From positions 1-64,000 of IMG/VR virus record IMGVR_UViG_3300028602_000007: DNA of 64,000 nt. One strand, given 5' to 3'. A program made the position numbers and the translations under genes. The notes below the pieces were generated by a model. That model did no database searches and was not told where the DNA came from. It saw only the letters and a program-made list of their open reading frames with translations. The DNA comes from a virus. Lineage: Duplodnaviria; Caudoviricetes. This document shows positions 46,534 through 56,706 of this stretch, one piece after another. Positions within the stretch are counted from its first letter, which is position 1. Each line of letters begins with the position of its first letter.

Positions 46534-48095
46534 TGTCGCAAGAAAATAGAATACTCATAAGAAATGCTCCAACACTTACTCCTAGATTAATAGCATTACC
46601 AGACTATGAAAGCGAAAAAGCTAAAAATAGTAACAGGCAATTATTTGATAGAGAAGGAGCTAGTACGTATCGTCGGCAATCTGGAAAATCTAATCCACTT
46701 ATTAAAATAGGAACTTCAATTTTACCTAGCAATAATATTATGTCTTTAGAAATTAGACAAGATTCTTTTATTCCTGAAATTCAATTAATGTTCACAGATT
46801 ATGAATTTGCATTTACGTCTAGAACATATCCGGTTTCAGACATAATTGTTAGTATATTTATACAATCCAATGTAAAAGAACTAAAATCTTTTTCTGGAGA
46901 TTTTATAATTACAAATATTTCATCAATTCCTATCCCCGGAAGTAATAATATTATGTATTCAGTTAGTGGAGAATTACATATACCTAAATTATATTCTTCA
47001 TATTCAAAATCATATAAAAATATGTCGTCATTAGCAGTCCTTGAACAAGTAGCAAATGAATTAAATTTAGGATTTGCAGATAATCAGCCAGAAGGAACTA
47101 ATGATATCATGACATGGTTAATGCCAAATATTTCATATAGAGAATTTATTAATCAAGTTATAAAGTTTGCTTATAAAAATGATAATTCATTTTTTGATTG
47201 TTTTATAGATCGGTATTATAATTTAAATTTTATTAATGTTGAAAAACAATTTGCTAAAGATACAGAAATTGATACTGGGTATATTGCAAGAGACCAATCT
47301 AACCTTAATATGAATCGAGTATTACCAAATGACGAATTTGATTCAGTTGAAGTTCCTATTATTTTAACAAATCATCCAAATATAAAAGGTAACGAATTTT
47401 ACATAATTGATTTTAATTTAATTAGTAATCATGGTGAAATATTAAAAAAATATGCAATTCGCAGTTATTTATATTGGTATGAGCATGGATCAGCAAGTCC
47501 TAGTGTAGAAAACGAACCAACTAAAAAATTAGAAAGTCCACCATTTAGAATGCAGTATGTAGAACCATTAATATCAACGATAACAAACGATGGAAAGCTC
47601 CCACAAACTACTAGTTTAAATGAATATGCAACAAATGATGAAACTAGTCCAATTGTAAATGACCGAGATTGGGCTGGCTTGGATTATGGAAATGCACATC
47701 CTTCTTATAAATTCGCAGAATTATTAAATTTTAAAAATAAAATAGAAATAGAAAAAAATTTATTAGAAATAACATTATCTGGATTCAGTTTAAATATTAT
47801 TAGAGGAAGCCGCGTTAGAGTTGAAATGTTTTTAAATAGATTATCTGCATTAAATTCAAATGTTTTAGCTGAAGATTATGACCCCGAGTCAGAACCAGTA
47901 TTAAATGATATAGAAGATAATACATCAGAAAGAAATAGTGCACTGAATAATTTAGTTGAAGATAAAGTATTAAGTGATTTTTATTATGTTAAAGAAATTA
48001 CATACACATATAAAGATGGTAAATTTATGACTCATTTAAAACTGAGCAGAAGACATTGGATTTTACCATTACCTAAAAATGAAATTTATGTATAA
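46533..48095 (+). CDS. putative baseplate hub protein
   Basis: Lies between gp53-like and gp5-like genes; C-terminal LSDFYYVKEITY...HLKLSRR pattern. Confidence 0.55.
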   Translation: MSQENRILIRNAPTLTPRLIALPDYESEKAKNSNRQLFDREGASTYRRQSGKSNPLIKIGTSILPSNNIMSLEIRQDSFIPEIQLMFTDYEFAFTSRTYPVSDIIVSIFIQSNVKELKSFSGDFIITNISSIPIPGSNNIMYSVSGELHIPKLYSSYSKSYKNMSSLAVLEQVANELNLGFADNQPEGTNDIMTWLMPNISYREFINQVIKFAYKNDNSFFDCFIDRYYNLNFINVEKQFAKDTEIDTGYIARDQSNLNMNRVLPNDEFDSVEVPIILTNHPNIKGNEFYIIDFNLISNHGEILKKYAIRSYLYWYEHGSASPSVENEPTKKLESPPFRMQYVEPLISTITNDGKLPQTTSLNEYATNDETSPIVNDRDWAGLDYGNAHPSYKFAELLNFKNKIEIEKNLLEITLSGFSLNIIRGSRVRVEMFLNRLSALNSNVLAEDYDPESEPVLNDIEDNTSERNSALNNLVEDKVLSDFYYVKEITYTYKDGKFMTHLKLSRRHWILPLPKNEIYV

Positions 48096-49210
48096 TGGCA
48101 ACACCAATAAACGAAATAAGTAGAGTTAATCAATTTATAAAATCATCAGTAGATGATTACCAAGACCCTATATTTTTAACATTCGCAATTGATTTTTTTC
48201 CAATAGAAAAACAATATCCAATGGGCGATCGTTTATTAAATTCAGCTTTATTAAAACCAAAAAATGGATCAGATTTAATAGATGAAAAAAATAGAGAAGT
48301 TGAATTTTCTGCAATAAAATGGTTAAATGAATATTACCAAGGTTTCGATCATCCAAGGAGAGACCCAGCTGTCGCATTAGCTAGAATGCATAGTAATTTA
48401 AAATTAGTTCAAGATTCTCCATGGTATTTTCAATCAATTACTGGAATTGGAGATTTATGGAACCGTTCATATAATGTAGAAAGAGGAAATAAATTGACAA
48501 AAATAACAATTAATGCAGTTGATTCAATTAAACAGCCATTAACAGAAATCGCTGAAGATTATATGACTGCTGTCTATGATCAAGATAGATTATCATATAG
48601 ATTGCCTGATAATTTAAGATGGTTTGATATGACAATTGCATTATTTGAAATACGTAATATACAAGACTATTCAAATAATTTTTTTCAATATGATGAACGT
48701 GGAAATTTAATAAGTGGATTAAACGTTGTTAAATTTAATTGTAAAATGTGCGAATTTGATTTTACTAACTTTTTAGACGGATCAATTTCTGAACATACGA
48801 TTTATAATAACGAAAAGCCACTTTCTCCAAGAGTCGATATTAATATTGGTTGGGTTGAACAAGAAAGAATTACATTGGGAGAAGGTGAAGACTATCGAAA
48901 AATGGCACTAGTTGGAGGCGTTTTAGACACATTAAATAATAGACTAAGTAGATTTATTCAAAATGCAACAAGATTGCCAGGAGAAATCATCGGATCAGTA
49001 CTAAATGAAGTACAGACATTTGCTGAAGTTAAAACAATGGGAAATATTTATACTGGAGCAAATGCTGCATTAACAAATATGCGAAATATACCAGGAAGAT
49101 TAACTGGAAGAAATCCAATAGTCGGCCCGCCTAATTCTAGTAGTGTTGGAGATGATATATATCAAGATATAAATACACCAAAGGTTGATAATATCGGTAA
49201 TGTATATTAA
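48095..49210 (+). CDS. putative tail/baseplate protein
   Basis: Coupled gene in the baseplate operon. Confidence 0.5.
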   Translation: MATPINEISRVNQFIKSSVDDYQDPIFLTFAIDFFPIEKQYPMGDRLLNSALLKPKNGSDLIDEKNREVEFSAIKWLNEYYQGFDHPRRDPAVALARMHSNLKLVQDSPWYFQSITGIGDLWNRSYNVERGNKLTKITINAVDSIKQPLTEIAEDYMTAVYDQDRLSYRLPDNLRWFDMTIALFEIRNIQDYSNNFFQYDERGNLISGLNVVKFNCKMCEFDFTNFLDGSISEHTIYNNEKPLSPRVDINIGWVEQERITLGEGEDYRKMALVGGVLDTLNNRLSRFIQNATRLPGEIIGSVLNEVQTFAEVKTMGNIYTGANAALTNMRNIPGRLTGRNPIVGPPNSSSVGDDIYQDINTPKVDNIGNVY

Positions 49211-49241
49211 TCTATTTTATAAAAGTTAGTATAAAATTAAA

Positions 49242-50027
49242 ATGAATAAAACACAAAGAAATAATAAATATCAAGCAATTTATTTAGGAAAAGTTGAAGA
49301 TATAGATGACCCTTTGTACGAAGGCAGATGTAAAATTAGAGTATTTTCTATATTTGATAATTTAGAATTAGAAGATTTGCCATGGGCAGCACCTGCGGCA
49401 AAACCGTTATTTTTTGGACAAGACGCAAGAAGTGGATCATTATCAATTCCTAAAGTCGGAGCAATTGTTAAAATTATATTTGCAAACGGTGATATTTATT
49501 CTCCAGAATATATTCAAATACAAGAAGTTGGTGATGATATTAAAGATGAATTAAAAAAGGGTGGTACTAAATATGAAGGTGCACATTTTATTTTATTCGA
49601 CGGCGATGAAGAAATTAAAGTTTGGTTTGATCAAGAAATCGGATTACAAATAGAATTAAAGAAATCATTCGTTCGCATAGATAATAACACTTCTAATATT
49701 TTAATTGAACATAAGGATAATTTATCATCAATTTCATTAGAAGATAATGTTATTAGAATAGTGTCAGACTCAGAAGTAAAAGTTACAACTGGATCAAAAG
49801 CAACAATTACTGCAAAAACAGTTCATATTGATGGATTAAATACAGTACTCGGAGCTAGCTCTATACAGAATAGTGCAGTTAGAGGAGAACCATTGATGGC
49901 ATTACTTAAAACAATAGCAGCTGCAGTAGATGCTAAAATGCCAGCAACAGCTGGGGCATTGGCAGCAACAGTAGAAGCGTCAAAACCTATGGTATTATCT
50001 AGATCAGTAACAGTTGGTGCTTTCTAA
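49242..50027 (+). CDS. baseplate hub/spike protein (gp5/VgrG OB-fold)
   Basis: YLGKVEDIDDP...GRCKIRV...LPWA...IPKVG..V.I.F..GD...P. Confidence 0.85.
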   Translation: MNKTQRNNKYQAIYLGKVEDIDDPLYEGRCKIRVFSIFDNLELEDLPWAAPAAKPLFFGQDARSGSLSIPKVGAIVKIIFANGDIYSPEYIQIQEVGDDIKDELKKGGTKYEGAHFILFDGDEEIKVWFDQEIGLQIELKKSFVRIDNNTSNILIEHKDNLSSISLEDNVIRIVSDSEVKVTTGSKATITAKTVHIDGLNTVLGASSIQNSAVRGEPLMALLKTIAAAVDAKMPATAGALAATVEASKPMVLSRSVTVGAF

Positions 50028-50854
50028 AAAGAAATATTAAATTCATTTTCACACGTAGTAAGTTCAACTTCTTCTTTTGGTGTTGAACTATCACCTAAAT
50101 GAGATTTACTAAAACTTAATTTATGAGTTGTTCTAGATTTATTAATATCTTCTTCTAAGGTAGGAATATCTAATCTATTTGGAAAAAATCGACTAGATGC
50201 ATAATATTTATCAGCTAAGTTATTTCTAACCATTTCCATATGATGCATAGAAATATCATCTCTATTTAATACTTTTACTTTTACATAATTATCATCAACT
50301 AATCCACGAGTTGGATCTATTCCTGAAAAATGAGTTTGCATAACATGATGTCTAGAATTAGCAGTTATTCTATAAATAAATGGAACTTTCCATCTAGCAT
50401 ATCCTCTATGCAAAGTTGGCGAAACATAATTTATGTATTCGACAGCGGTTGCATCTAAGTTTTCATTTTCAATAATTTCTTTTGCTTTTATAAATTCATG
50501 TTCCCTATAAAATTCGTCAGCATCCATCGAAAGATAATGTGTACATTTATTAAAAATAGCAAAATTTAAACAATCTTGTCTTTTATTTAATTCAAATCTC
50601 TTTGCTTGCATCACTTCATTTGGACTAATTAATCTACTTGGTATGAATTTTGTAAAATGAATTAAGTGATCAATTAATTTATCATTTTTTAATTTATTTA
50701 AAGTTGGAAGTAAATTAGGCGAACACTGAGTTCCTCCCCAAGAAATAGTTTGATATGAAACTATTACTATATCAACAACCTCTCTAATTGAACGAATTGA
50801 TTGCTCTAATGTTTCTAACCCATCAAATACTATATACCCTGCTGCTAATTTCAT
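50024..50854 (-). CDS. GT-A fold glycosyltransferase-like protein
   Basis: LEQSIRSIR, KR..L, YLSMDADEFY (DxD), MHH. Confidence 0.72.
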   Translation of the reverse strand: MKLAAGYIVFDGLETLEQSIRSIREVVDIVIVSYQTISWGGTQCSPNLLPTLNKLKNDKLIDHLIHFTKFIPSRLISPNEVMQAKRFELNKRQDCLNFAIFNKCTHYLSMDADEFYREHEFIKAKEIIENENLDATAVEYINYVSPTLHRGYARWKVPFIYRITANSRHHVMQTHFSGIDPTRGLVDDNYVKVKVLNRDDISMHHMEMVRNNLADKYYASSRFFPNRLDIPTLEEDINKSRTTHKLSFSKSHLGDSSTPKEEVELTTCENEFNISF

Positions 50855-50871
50855 TTATTAATATCTATTAT

Positions 50872-51075
50872 TTAATAATGATCTGTTTTTCCACAAATTT
50901 GACATTCATAATGATTTTTATGCGAATCATTACCTATACATTCAAATGCAGATTTGCCGTCTTCGTATTTATGAGTACAAATTTCTTGCATTGCATCAAT
51001 CGCGTTATTAATTTTAGATATTCGAGCTTTTAATTCAGTTCGCTCATTTTTTAATTTAGTTATTGTGTCTTTCAT
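50872..51075 (-). CDS. small zinc-finger protein
   Basis: Coiled coil, CTH and CQICG. Confidence 0.55.
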   Translation of the reverse strand: MKDTITKLKNERTELKARISKINNAIDAMQEICTHKYEDGKSAFECIGNDSHKNHYECQICGKTDHY

Positions 51076-51110
51076 AATTAATAGATTTTAAATTTTTAAA
51101 TATAATTTTT

Positions 51111-52169
51111 TTATAATTTAAAATTAACAAGTAAATCACTATTATCAATTGATTTTGTATATTTATTTAATTCATTTTTTAAATAAGATCTATATTCTTC
51201 TGGTATAGAATTTAAGGTATAATCAAAATAATTAATTAACCAATTTAATTTAATATCTTTATATTCTAATAATTCTGGTATATCTAAATTATATTTATTC
51301 ATTGCATATATTAAACTAGCACCTTGTTTTAATGGTCTTTTTGATATAAATTTATAAATTTCTGAATTTTTATTATACTTTATTTTTATACCATTTAATA
51401 ATTTTTTTCTAAAACATTTATAACAATTATTACAACCTTTACCATTTACTCCTCTTATACAAGATTGTGCAATTAATTTATTATCATTTACTATTTTATT
51501 TGTTAATATTTCAGAACAAGGAATACATGGGTAAAATAATGGAATATTAGCATTTTTAAAAAAATTAAACCAGTTTTCATAATAATCAGTATTATGAAAA
51601 TCTCTATATTTATATCCTTTTTCTATATATGTTGATTCTAACATCATACCAGTTGATAAATACCCAATATTTAAATAATCTAATAATAATATAAATCCAC
51701 CAAAAAATGAATAATCATTCATAAAACCAGGTCGTAATTGTTGACCAGTTGATTTATTATAATGATATCTAATATCTTCTAGATCTGATTCAATCATTAT
51801 AACATCATGATTTGTATTATTAATAACATATAATGCATTATCATGTTTATATAATGATTTTCCATTTATTATTCTTTTATGATGAAATAAAATTAATTTA
51901 TCTTTTGGTAATAATGAATAAGCAGCAACTGAATCAATTCCACCAGAAAAAGCTAACCCTATTTTATCACCAGAACTTTTTCTTTTAAATTTATAATTTT
52001 TTAATTTTGTATCTATAGGATAATGAAGTATGATTAATGATAATATTTTTAATTCATCATCTACCTCTTTTATATTAAAATAAGATGGCATTATAAAAAT
52101 AGTTTTAATGCCATTATAATTTATAATTAATTCATTATTTTTTTGTGTAAATATTTTATTTAATTCCAT
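51111..52169 (-). CDS. PP-loop (adenine nucleotide alpha-hydrolase-like) protein with Cys cluster
   Basis: AFSGGIDS and SC......CNNCYKCFRK. Confidence 0.65.
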   Translation of the reverse strand: MELNKIFTQKNNELIINYNGIKTIFIMPSYFNIKEVDDELKILSLIILHYPIDTKLKNYKFKRKSSGDKIGLAFSGGIDSVAAYSLLPKDKLILFHHKRIINGKSLYKHDNALYVINNTNHDVIMIESDLEDIRYHYNKSTGQQLRPGFMNDYSFFGGFILLLDYLNIGYLSTGMMLESTYIEKGYKYRDFHNTDYYENWFNFFKNANIPLFYPCIPCSEILTNKIVNDNKLIAQSCIRGVNGKGCNNCYKCFRKKLLNGIKIKYNKNSEIYKFISKRPLKQGASLIYAMNKYNLDIPELLEYKDIKLNWLINYFDYTLNSIPEEYRSYLKNELNKYTKSIDNSDLLVNFKL

Positions 52170-52213
52170 ATTTTTATTTTTATTTTATTATGTTATATTT
52201 AAATGTTTATATT

Positions 52214-53668
52214 TCATATTTCTTTAGTAAATTTTGCAGTTGTTCTAGGAATATAAATTTCTTCTTTTGAATATTCTTTTTTAATTTGTTTTTTATATGA
52301 ATTTCTTAATTCAGAATTAAACCCTGTTTCTGGATTTAATGTTAAACTTTTAGAATGTAATCTTCTATAAAAAACAGATTTTTCTAGATTATAGAGTCGA
52401 ATACTTGATCCTAATCTATGTATTAATTCAGTATCTGCTCCACATTTCCATGGCATATATCCACCAGCAAAGGAATCTATCATTGCTTTTCTAAAATAAA
52501 TTATTCCATGAGCAATATGTGTTTTTATTTCTACTTGGTTAGTTTTATTTTGAAAATTATTATACGCTAATCTAACAATATCATTGAATCTATTAGCTGC
52601 GACTTCTTTAACTAAAAAGGGTCTCATAATATCATCAGAATCAAATCTTATGATATTATCATATTTTGCTAATGATATTAAAGTATTTGTTGTTATATAA
52701 GTTCCAACGTTTTTATCCATCATATATACACTAAGATTTCGATATTTATGATGTATTTCTTTTAATTTATTTAATGTTTTTTCACAATTATCTACTCCGA
52801 CTAATATTTCAAATTCATTATTATCAATAAAATATGTTTGTTTTTCTATTGAATCTAAACACTCTTCTATATAATCAGCGGTATTATATGCAGTAATTAA
52901 TATGCTAAATGGATATCGGTTTGGATCTTCTGTTGTTGTAGTCGTAGTTGTTGAGACTACTGATTTTTCAAAAATATTGTGTTTAGCTTTACTAATGCTT
53001 TTAGTTAATTTAATAAGTTTTTTATTTTTTTCAAACTCATTAATATATTTTGTGGTTTTATTAGTTGATTTAAATGTAGTATTTTCTAAATCAAATGCAA
53101 TAACTCTATCTAAGTTTAAATTTGAAATATTTGAACTATTTAATAATGCTCCATTTACTAATTGTAGATTACTTAATTTTTTATTAATTAAAAAATTTCG
53201 ATATATTGAATATGTAAACGCAGTATCAGTTATTTGTAAATAAGAATTTCTTCTAATTGAAGAAAACGCAGTTTTGAATTGATTTCCTTTTTTTAAAAAG
53301 CATAACTTTGTTGATATTTTACCTTGATATTGTTTATAAAAAACACTCTCAGTATTAGAAGTTTGTAAATTATTAATAACAAAAAGAGTTGGATCTATAT
53401 AAAACCGATCATCATCAATATATTCAAATAATACTTTAATAAAAGCTTGATTTGAATAATCATTTTCTAAATTATGTGATTCTAATTCTAATATTTTAAA
53501 ATTATTAAAATATTTATTTAGATATTTAAAATTAGAACTAGGTAATTCATAATCAGATAATATAATTAATTCAACTTCTGTATTTTGAAAGCATGTCGCA
53601 ATTGAAAATATTGATTTATTAAAATATTTCTTAATCGAATTATCAAAATATGTATATACTTTGATCAT
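52214..53668 (-). CDS. two-domain glycosyltransferase (C-terminal GT2)
   Basis: FSILITAYN...IEECLDSI..QT, VGVD, FDSDD, GADTE, YRR.H; poly-Thr linker. Confidence 0.85.
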   Translation of the reverse strand: MIKVYTYFDNSIKKYFNKSIFSIATCFQNTEVELIILSDYELPSSNFKYLNKYFNNFKILELESHNLENDYSNQAFIKVLFEYIDDDRFYIDPTLFVINNLQTSNTESVFYKQYQGKISTKLCFLKKGNQFKTAFSSIRRNSYLQITDTAFTYSIYRNFLINKKLSNLQLVNGALLNSSNISNLNLDRVIAFDLENTTFKSTNKTTKYINEFEKNKKLIKLTKSISKAKHNIFEKSVVSTTTTTTTEDPNRYPFSILITAYNTADYIEECLDSIEKQTYFIDNNEFEILVGVDNCEKTLNKLKEIHHKYRNLSVYMMDKNVGTYITTNTLISLAKYDNIIRFDSDDIMRPFLVKEVAANRFNDIVRLAYNNFQNKTNQVEIKTHIAHGIIYFRKAMIDSFAGGYMPWKCGADTELIHRLGSSIRLYNLEKSVFYRRLHSKSLTLNPETGFNSELRNSYKKQIKKEYSKEEIYIPRTTAKFTKEI

Positions 53669-53747
53669 TTTTGGTAAATTTATTTTATTTATTAATATAA
53701 ACTAATATTATACATTTAGTATAGTACTCAAAAAAAGCAAATAGATT

Positions 53748-54620
53748 TTGGAAAAAGAAACATATTATTCTATATTAGGAATCACAAAAGAAGCAACTGA
53801 TAAAGAAATTAAAAAAGCATATCGAGATCTTTCTAAAAAATATCATCCAGATAAAAACCCAGATGGAGAAGATATGTTTAAAAAAATAACAGAAGCATAT
53901 TCAGTATTAAGTGATCCTATAAAAAAACAGAATTATGATATTTCTGGAAATCCAGATAATTCATTGAATTCTATGTTTAGTCATATGACTACTATTATCC
54001 GAGCAGAACATCTAAATGTATATTTGGAAGAATCATTGTCAATTCTTGAATTAATAAATGGCGTAAACCGTACACTTAAATATACAATAACTAATTCTAG
54101 TTTATCAGAAAGTAAAACTGAAGAAAAAAAAGTTACTTATAAAATTAATATGTCAACTTCAACATATCCAATGATTATGTTAGATGATAAAGTTGGGATT
54201 GTATTAAAAGTTAAAGGAGCTGGCTCTAATCAAGAAATTGAAGGATTTGGAATGGGATTTGGCGGTAAAAAAACAATGTTAGCGTCTGGCGATTTATATA
54301 TTAAAATAAATATAGATTGGAAAGATCTTATTTTATCAGAAAATGGCGATCTTATTCATAATTATGAAATGCAATTATATGATATATTATTTAATGACGA
54401 AAATGTATTAGAAACAGTTTTTAATAAAAAATATAAAATAAAAAAGATTAATTCTAAATCTTTAGATAATATTAAAATTAAAATACCTAAAATTGGAATA
54501 ATGAACAATTTTGGAATTAGAGGATCTTATATTTTTAAAATTATTCCAATTATGCCAGATCTTTCTAAACTTAATGAAGATAAACTTACCTCTCTTAAAG
54601 AATTGCTTAGAAACCTTTGA
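53748..54620 (+). CDS. DnaJ-domain co-chaperone
   Basis: YYSILG...[16 protein letters not shown]...FK.I.EAY.VLSD. Confidence 0.88.
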   Translation: MEKETYYSILGITKEATDKEIKKAYRDLSKKYHPDKNPDGEDMFKKITEAYSVLSDPIKKQNYDISGNPDNSLNSMFSHMTTIIRAEHLNVYLEESLSILELINGVNRTLKYTITNSSLSESKTEEKKVTYKINMSTSTYPMIMLDDKVGIVLKVKGAGSNQEIEGFGMGFGGKKTMLASGDLYIKINIDWKDLILSENGDLIHNYEMQLYDILFNDENVLETVFNKKYKIKKINSKSLDNIKIKIPKIGIMNNFGIRGSYIFKIIPIMPDLSKLNEDKLTSLKELLRNL

Positions 54621-54691
54621 TAAATAAGATTAGTTAATGTTTTATATTTTATAAACATTACTAATAAATATTTAAAAAAGTTTCTAAGAAG

Positions 54692-56689
54692 TTGACTAAT
54701 ACTGCGACATTACTTAATAGTAAAACAAAGCTTTCTCCTAATGAAGTTTTAATTTTAGAGAAAGTAAATTCGCCATTAACATATTCAGAAGATAGTAGCG
54801 GCGATATTATAATGGAAGGAACTTGTGCGGTATTCGGTAAAATGAATGATAATAACCGAGTATATGAAAAACAAGAATACCTACCACATTTATCATATCT
54901 TTCTGAAAAAATCAAAAAAGGCCAATTATTTGGTGAATTAGACCATCCTCAAAGTTTTGATGTTTCCTTAAAAAACGTATCTCATGTAGTAGAATCATTA
55001 ACATATGATGAACCGAGTAATAGTGTAAAAATAAGATTACGGATACTAAATACTCCAAGTGGAAGAATTGCAAAAACTCTTATTAAAGCAGGTGCAACTA
55101 TTTCAAGTTCATCAAGGGCAGCTGGACAAGTTTTAGAGAATGGAACTGTTAAACTACATAAGATTTTTACTTATGATTTAGTAGCAGAGCCTGGATTTAA
55201 TGAAGCTGCTCTATCTAAAGTTGCTGAAAGTTTACAAGGTAATTATAGCATGATATTAGAATCATTAGATACACTTCAATCTACTTCGATTACTAACAAG
55301 TTAGTTGACATTTCTGAAAATTTAAATTTTTCAGATTCTGTGAAAATTTTTAAAATAAATAATTCTGATATTAATAAGACTTCACAAAATAATGAAAATA
55401 TAATGGCTAATGACTATGTAACTAGAGAGGAAATGAATCAATATTCTGAAGTTGTTAAGAAAAGATTTTCTCAATTAAAAGAAAGTATTTCTAAAAATAA
55501 TGATGATTTGTTAACACTTTCGGAAAACAGTACAGATAATAATCCTATTACAGAAAAACTTATAGAATTTACGAATTACCTAGCAGGCGAAATGCAACAA
55601 ATTATTGAATTTACAGATTATTTGTCAACTATGATGAATAAAGGAATTGGATATACTGAACACGTTGCTGAAAAAGTTAATAATGTAATTGATTATTCTG
55701 ATTATTTAGCAGGAATGACAAGTAAAAATATTGATTTTTCTAATTACTTAGGAGAAAAACTTAATCAAGGATTAAATTATACTGAGTATGTTGGAAATAT
55801 GACAGAAAAAAGTATTTTATTTGGAAATTACTTAGCTGAAAACATTAATAAAGGAATTGCATATACTGAATATATTGGGGAACAGACATCAAAAGGACTT
55901 AATTTCTCTAATTACTTAGCTGAAAATATTAATAATGCTATTAAGTATTCTGAATATCTAGGTAGCAATATCAAAAAAGGAATTGCATATACTGAATATA
56001 TCGCAGAAACGATGAATCAAAATGTTGGATCAACAGCTTCTGCTAAAACACGAAGACTATTGTCTGATGTTACTGCGTTAAATGAAAATAAAGAAATTGC
56101 AATAAACGAAAATTCATCAATTGATAATATTGTAGCAGCAGTAGATGGAATAATCGAAAACATTTCATCGAATTCAGCAAAATCTGTTTTAGAAAATAAA
56201 TACCCATTCTTAAAATTCTTAACTGAATCTAATAAGAAAAAGTTTTATTCATTAGATAAAGATATGCAAAAAGCAATTGTTGAAACTCTTAGTGGAGCAG
56301 TATATTTCAATGAAGAACAAGTAATTAGTTTAATGGAAGCAGTAATCAATAAAGAACAGGAAAATATTCCTAACTATATTAGATTTATGCCACCTACATA
56401 TAAAGAAATTTATGAAAATATGGATAATTCTGAAAAAAATATGATTGCTGCACAAGCATCAGTAGTAACAGTAAATACTCCATATCAAGTAAAAGCTTTT
56501 TGGGATTCAAGAGATTTACGTGCAATAAATGAAAGAATTGCAAGAAATGAAGAAATAAATAAAAATCAAAATACAGCAGTTAACGAAAGCCGAAGTAAAG
56601 AAGGATTAGTGTCGTTAGAGTCTGTATACGAAAGTATGCGTGGATATTCAAATGCATACTTAGAAGCTCTCAAAAGAAGAGCGTATTAA
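54692..56689 (+). CDS. prohead protease (gp21-like) fused to scaffold-like domain
   Basis: N.NNRVY, GELDHP, ILNTPSG, SSRAAG, YDLVAEPG; C-terminal 14-aa repeats; directly upstream of the major capsid gene. Confidence 0.88.
   Translation: MTNTATLLNSKTKLSPNEVLILEKVNSPLTYSEDSSGDIIMEGTCAVFGKMNDNNRVYEKQEYLPHLSYLSEKIKKGQLFGELDHPQSFDVSLKNVSHVVESLTYDEPSNSVKIRLRILNTPSGRIAKTLIKAGATISSSSRAAGQVLENGTVKLHKIFTYDLVAEPGFNEAALSKVAESLQGNYSMILESLDTLQSTSITNKLVDISENLNFSDSVKIFKINNSDINKTSQNNENIMANDYVTREEMNQYSEVVKKRFSQLKESISKNNDDLLTLSENSTDNNPITEKLIEFTNYLAGEMQQIIEFTDYLSTMMNKGIGYTEHVAEKVNNVIDYSDYLAGMTSKNIDFSNYLGEKLNQGLNYTEYVGNMTEKSILFGNYLAENINKGIAYTEYIGEQTSKGLNFSNYLAENINNAIKYSEYLGSNIKKGIAYTEYIAETMNQNVGSTASAKTRRLLSDVTALNENKEIAINENSSIDNIVAAVDGIIENISSNSAKSVLENKYPFLKFLTESNKKKFYSLDKDMQKAIVETLSGAVYFNEEQVISLMEAVINKEQENIPNYIRFMPPTYKEIYENMDNSEKNMIAAQASVVTVNTPYQVKAFWDSRDLRAINERIARNEEINKNQNTAVNESRSKEGLVSLESVYESMRGYSNAYLEALKRRAY
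55562..56015 (+). repeat. about 11 degenerate 14-aa (42-bp) repeats in the scaffold region
   Basis: Units of the type I.Y/F(T/S).YLAE.INKG. Confidence 0.75.
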
Positions 56690-56706
56690 AAAAAGCCTCA
56701 TAAAAA

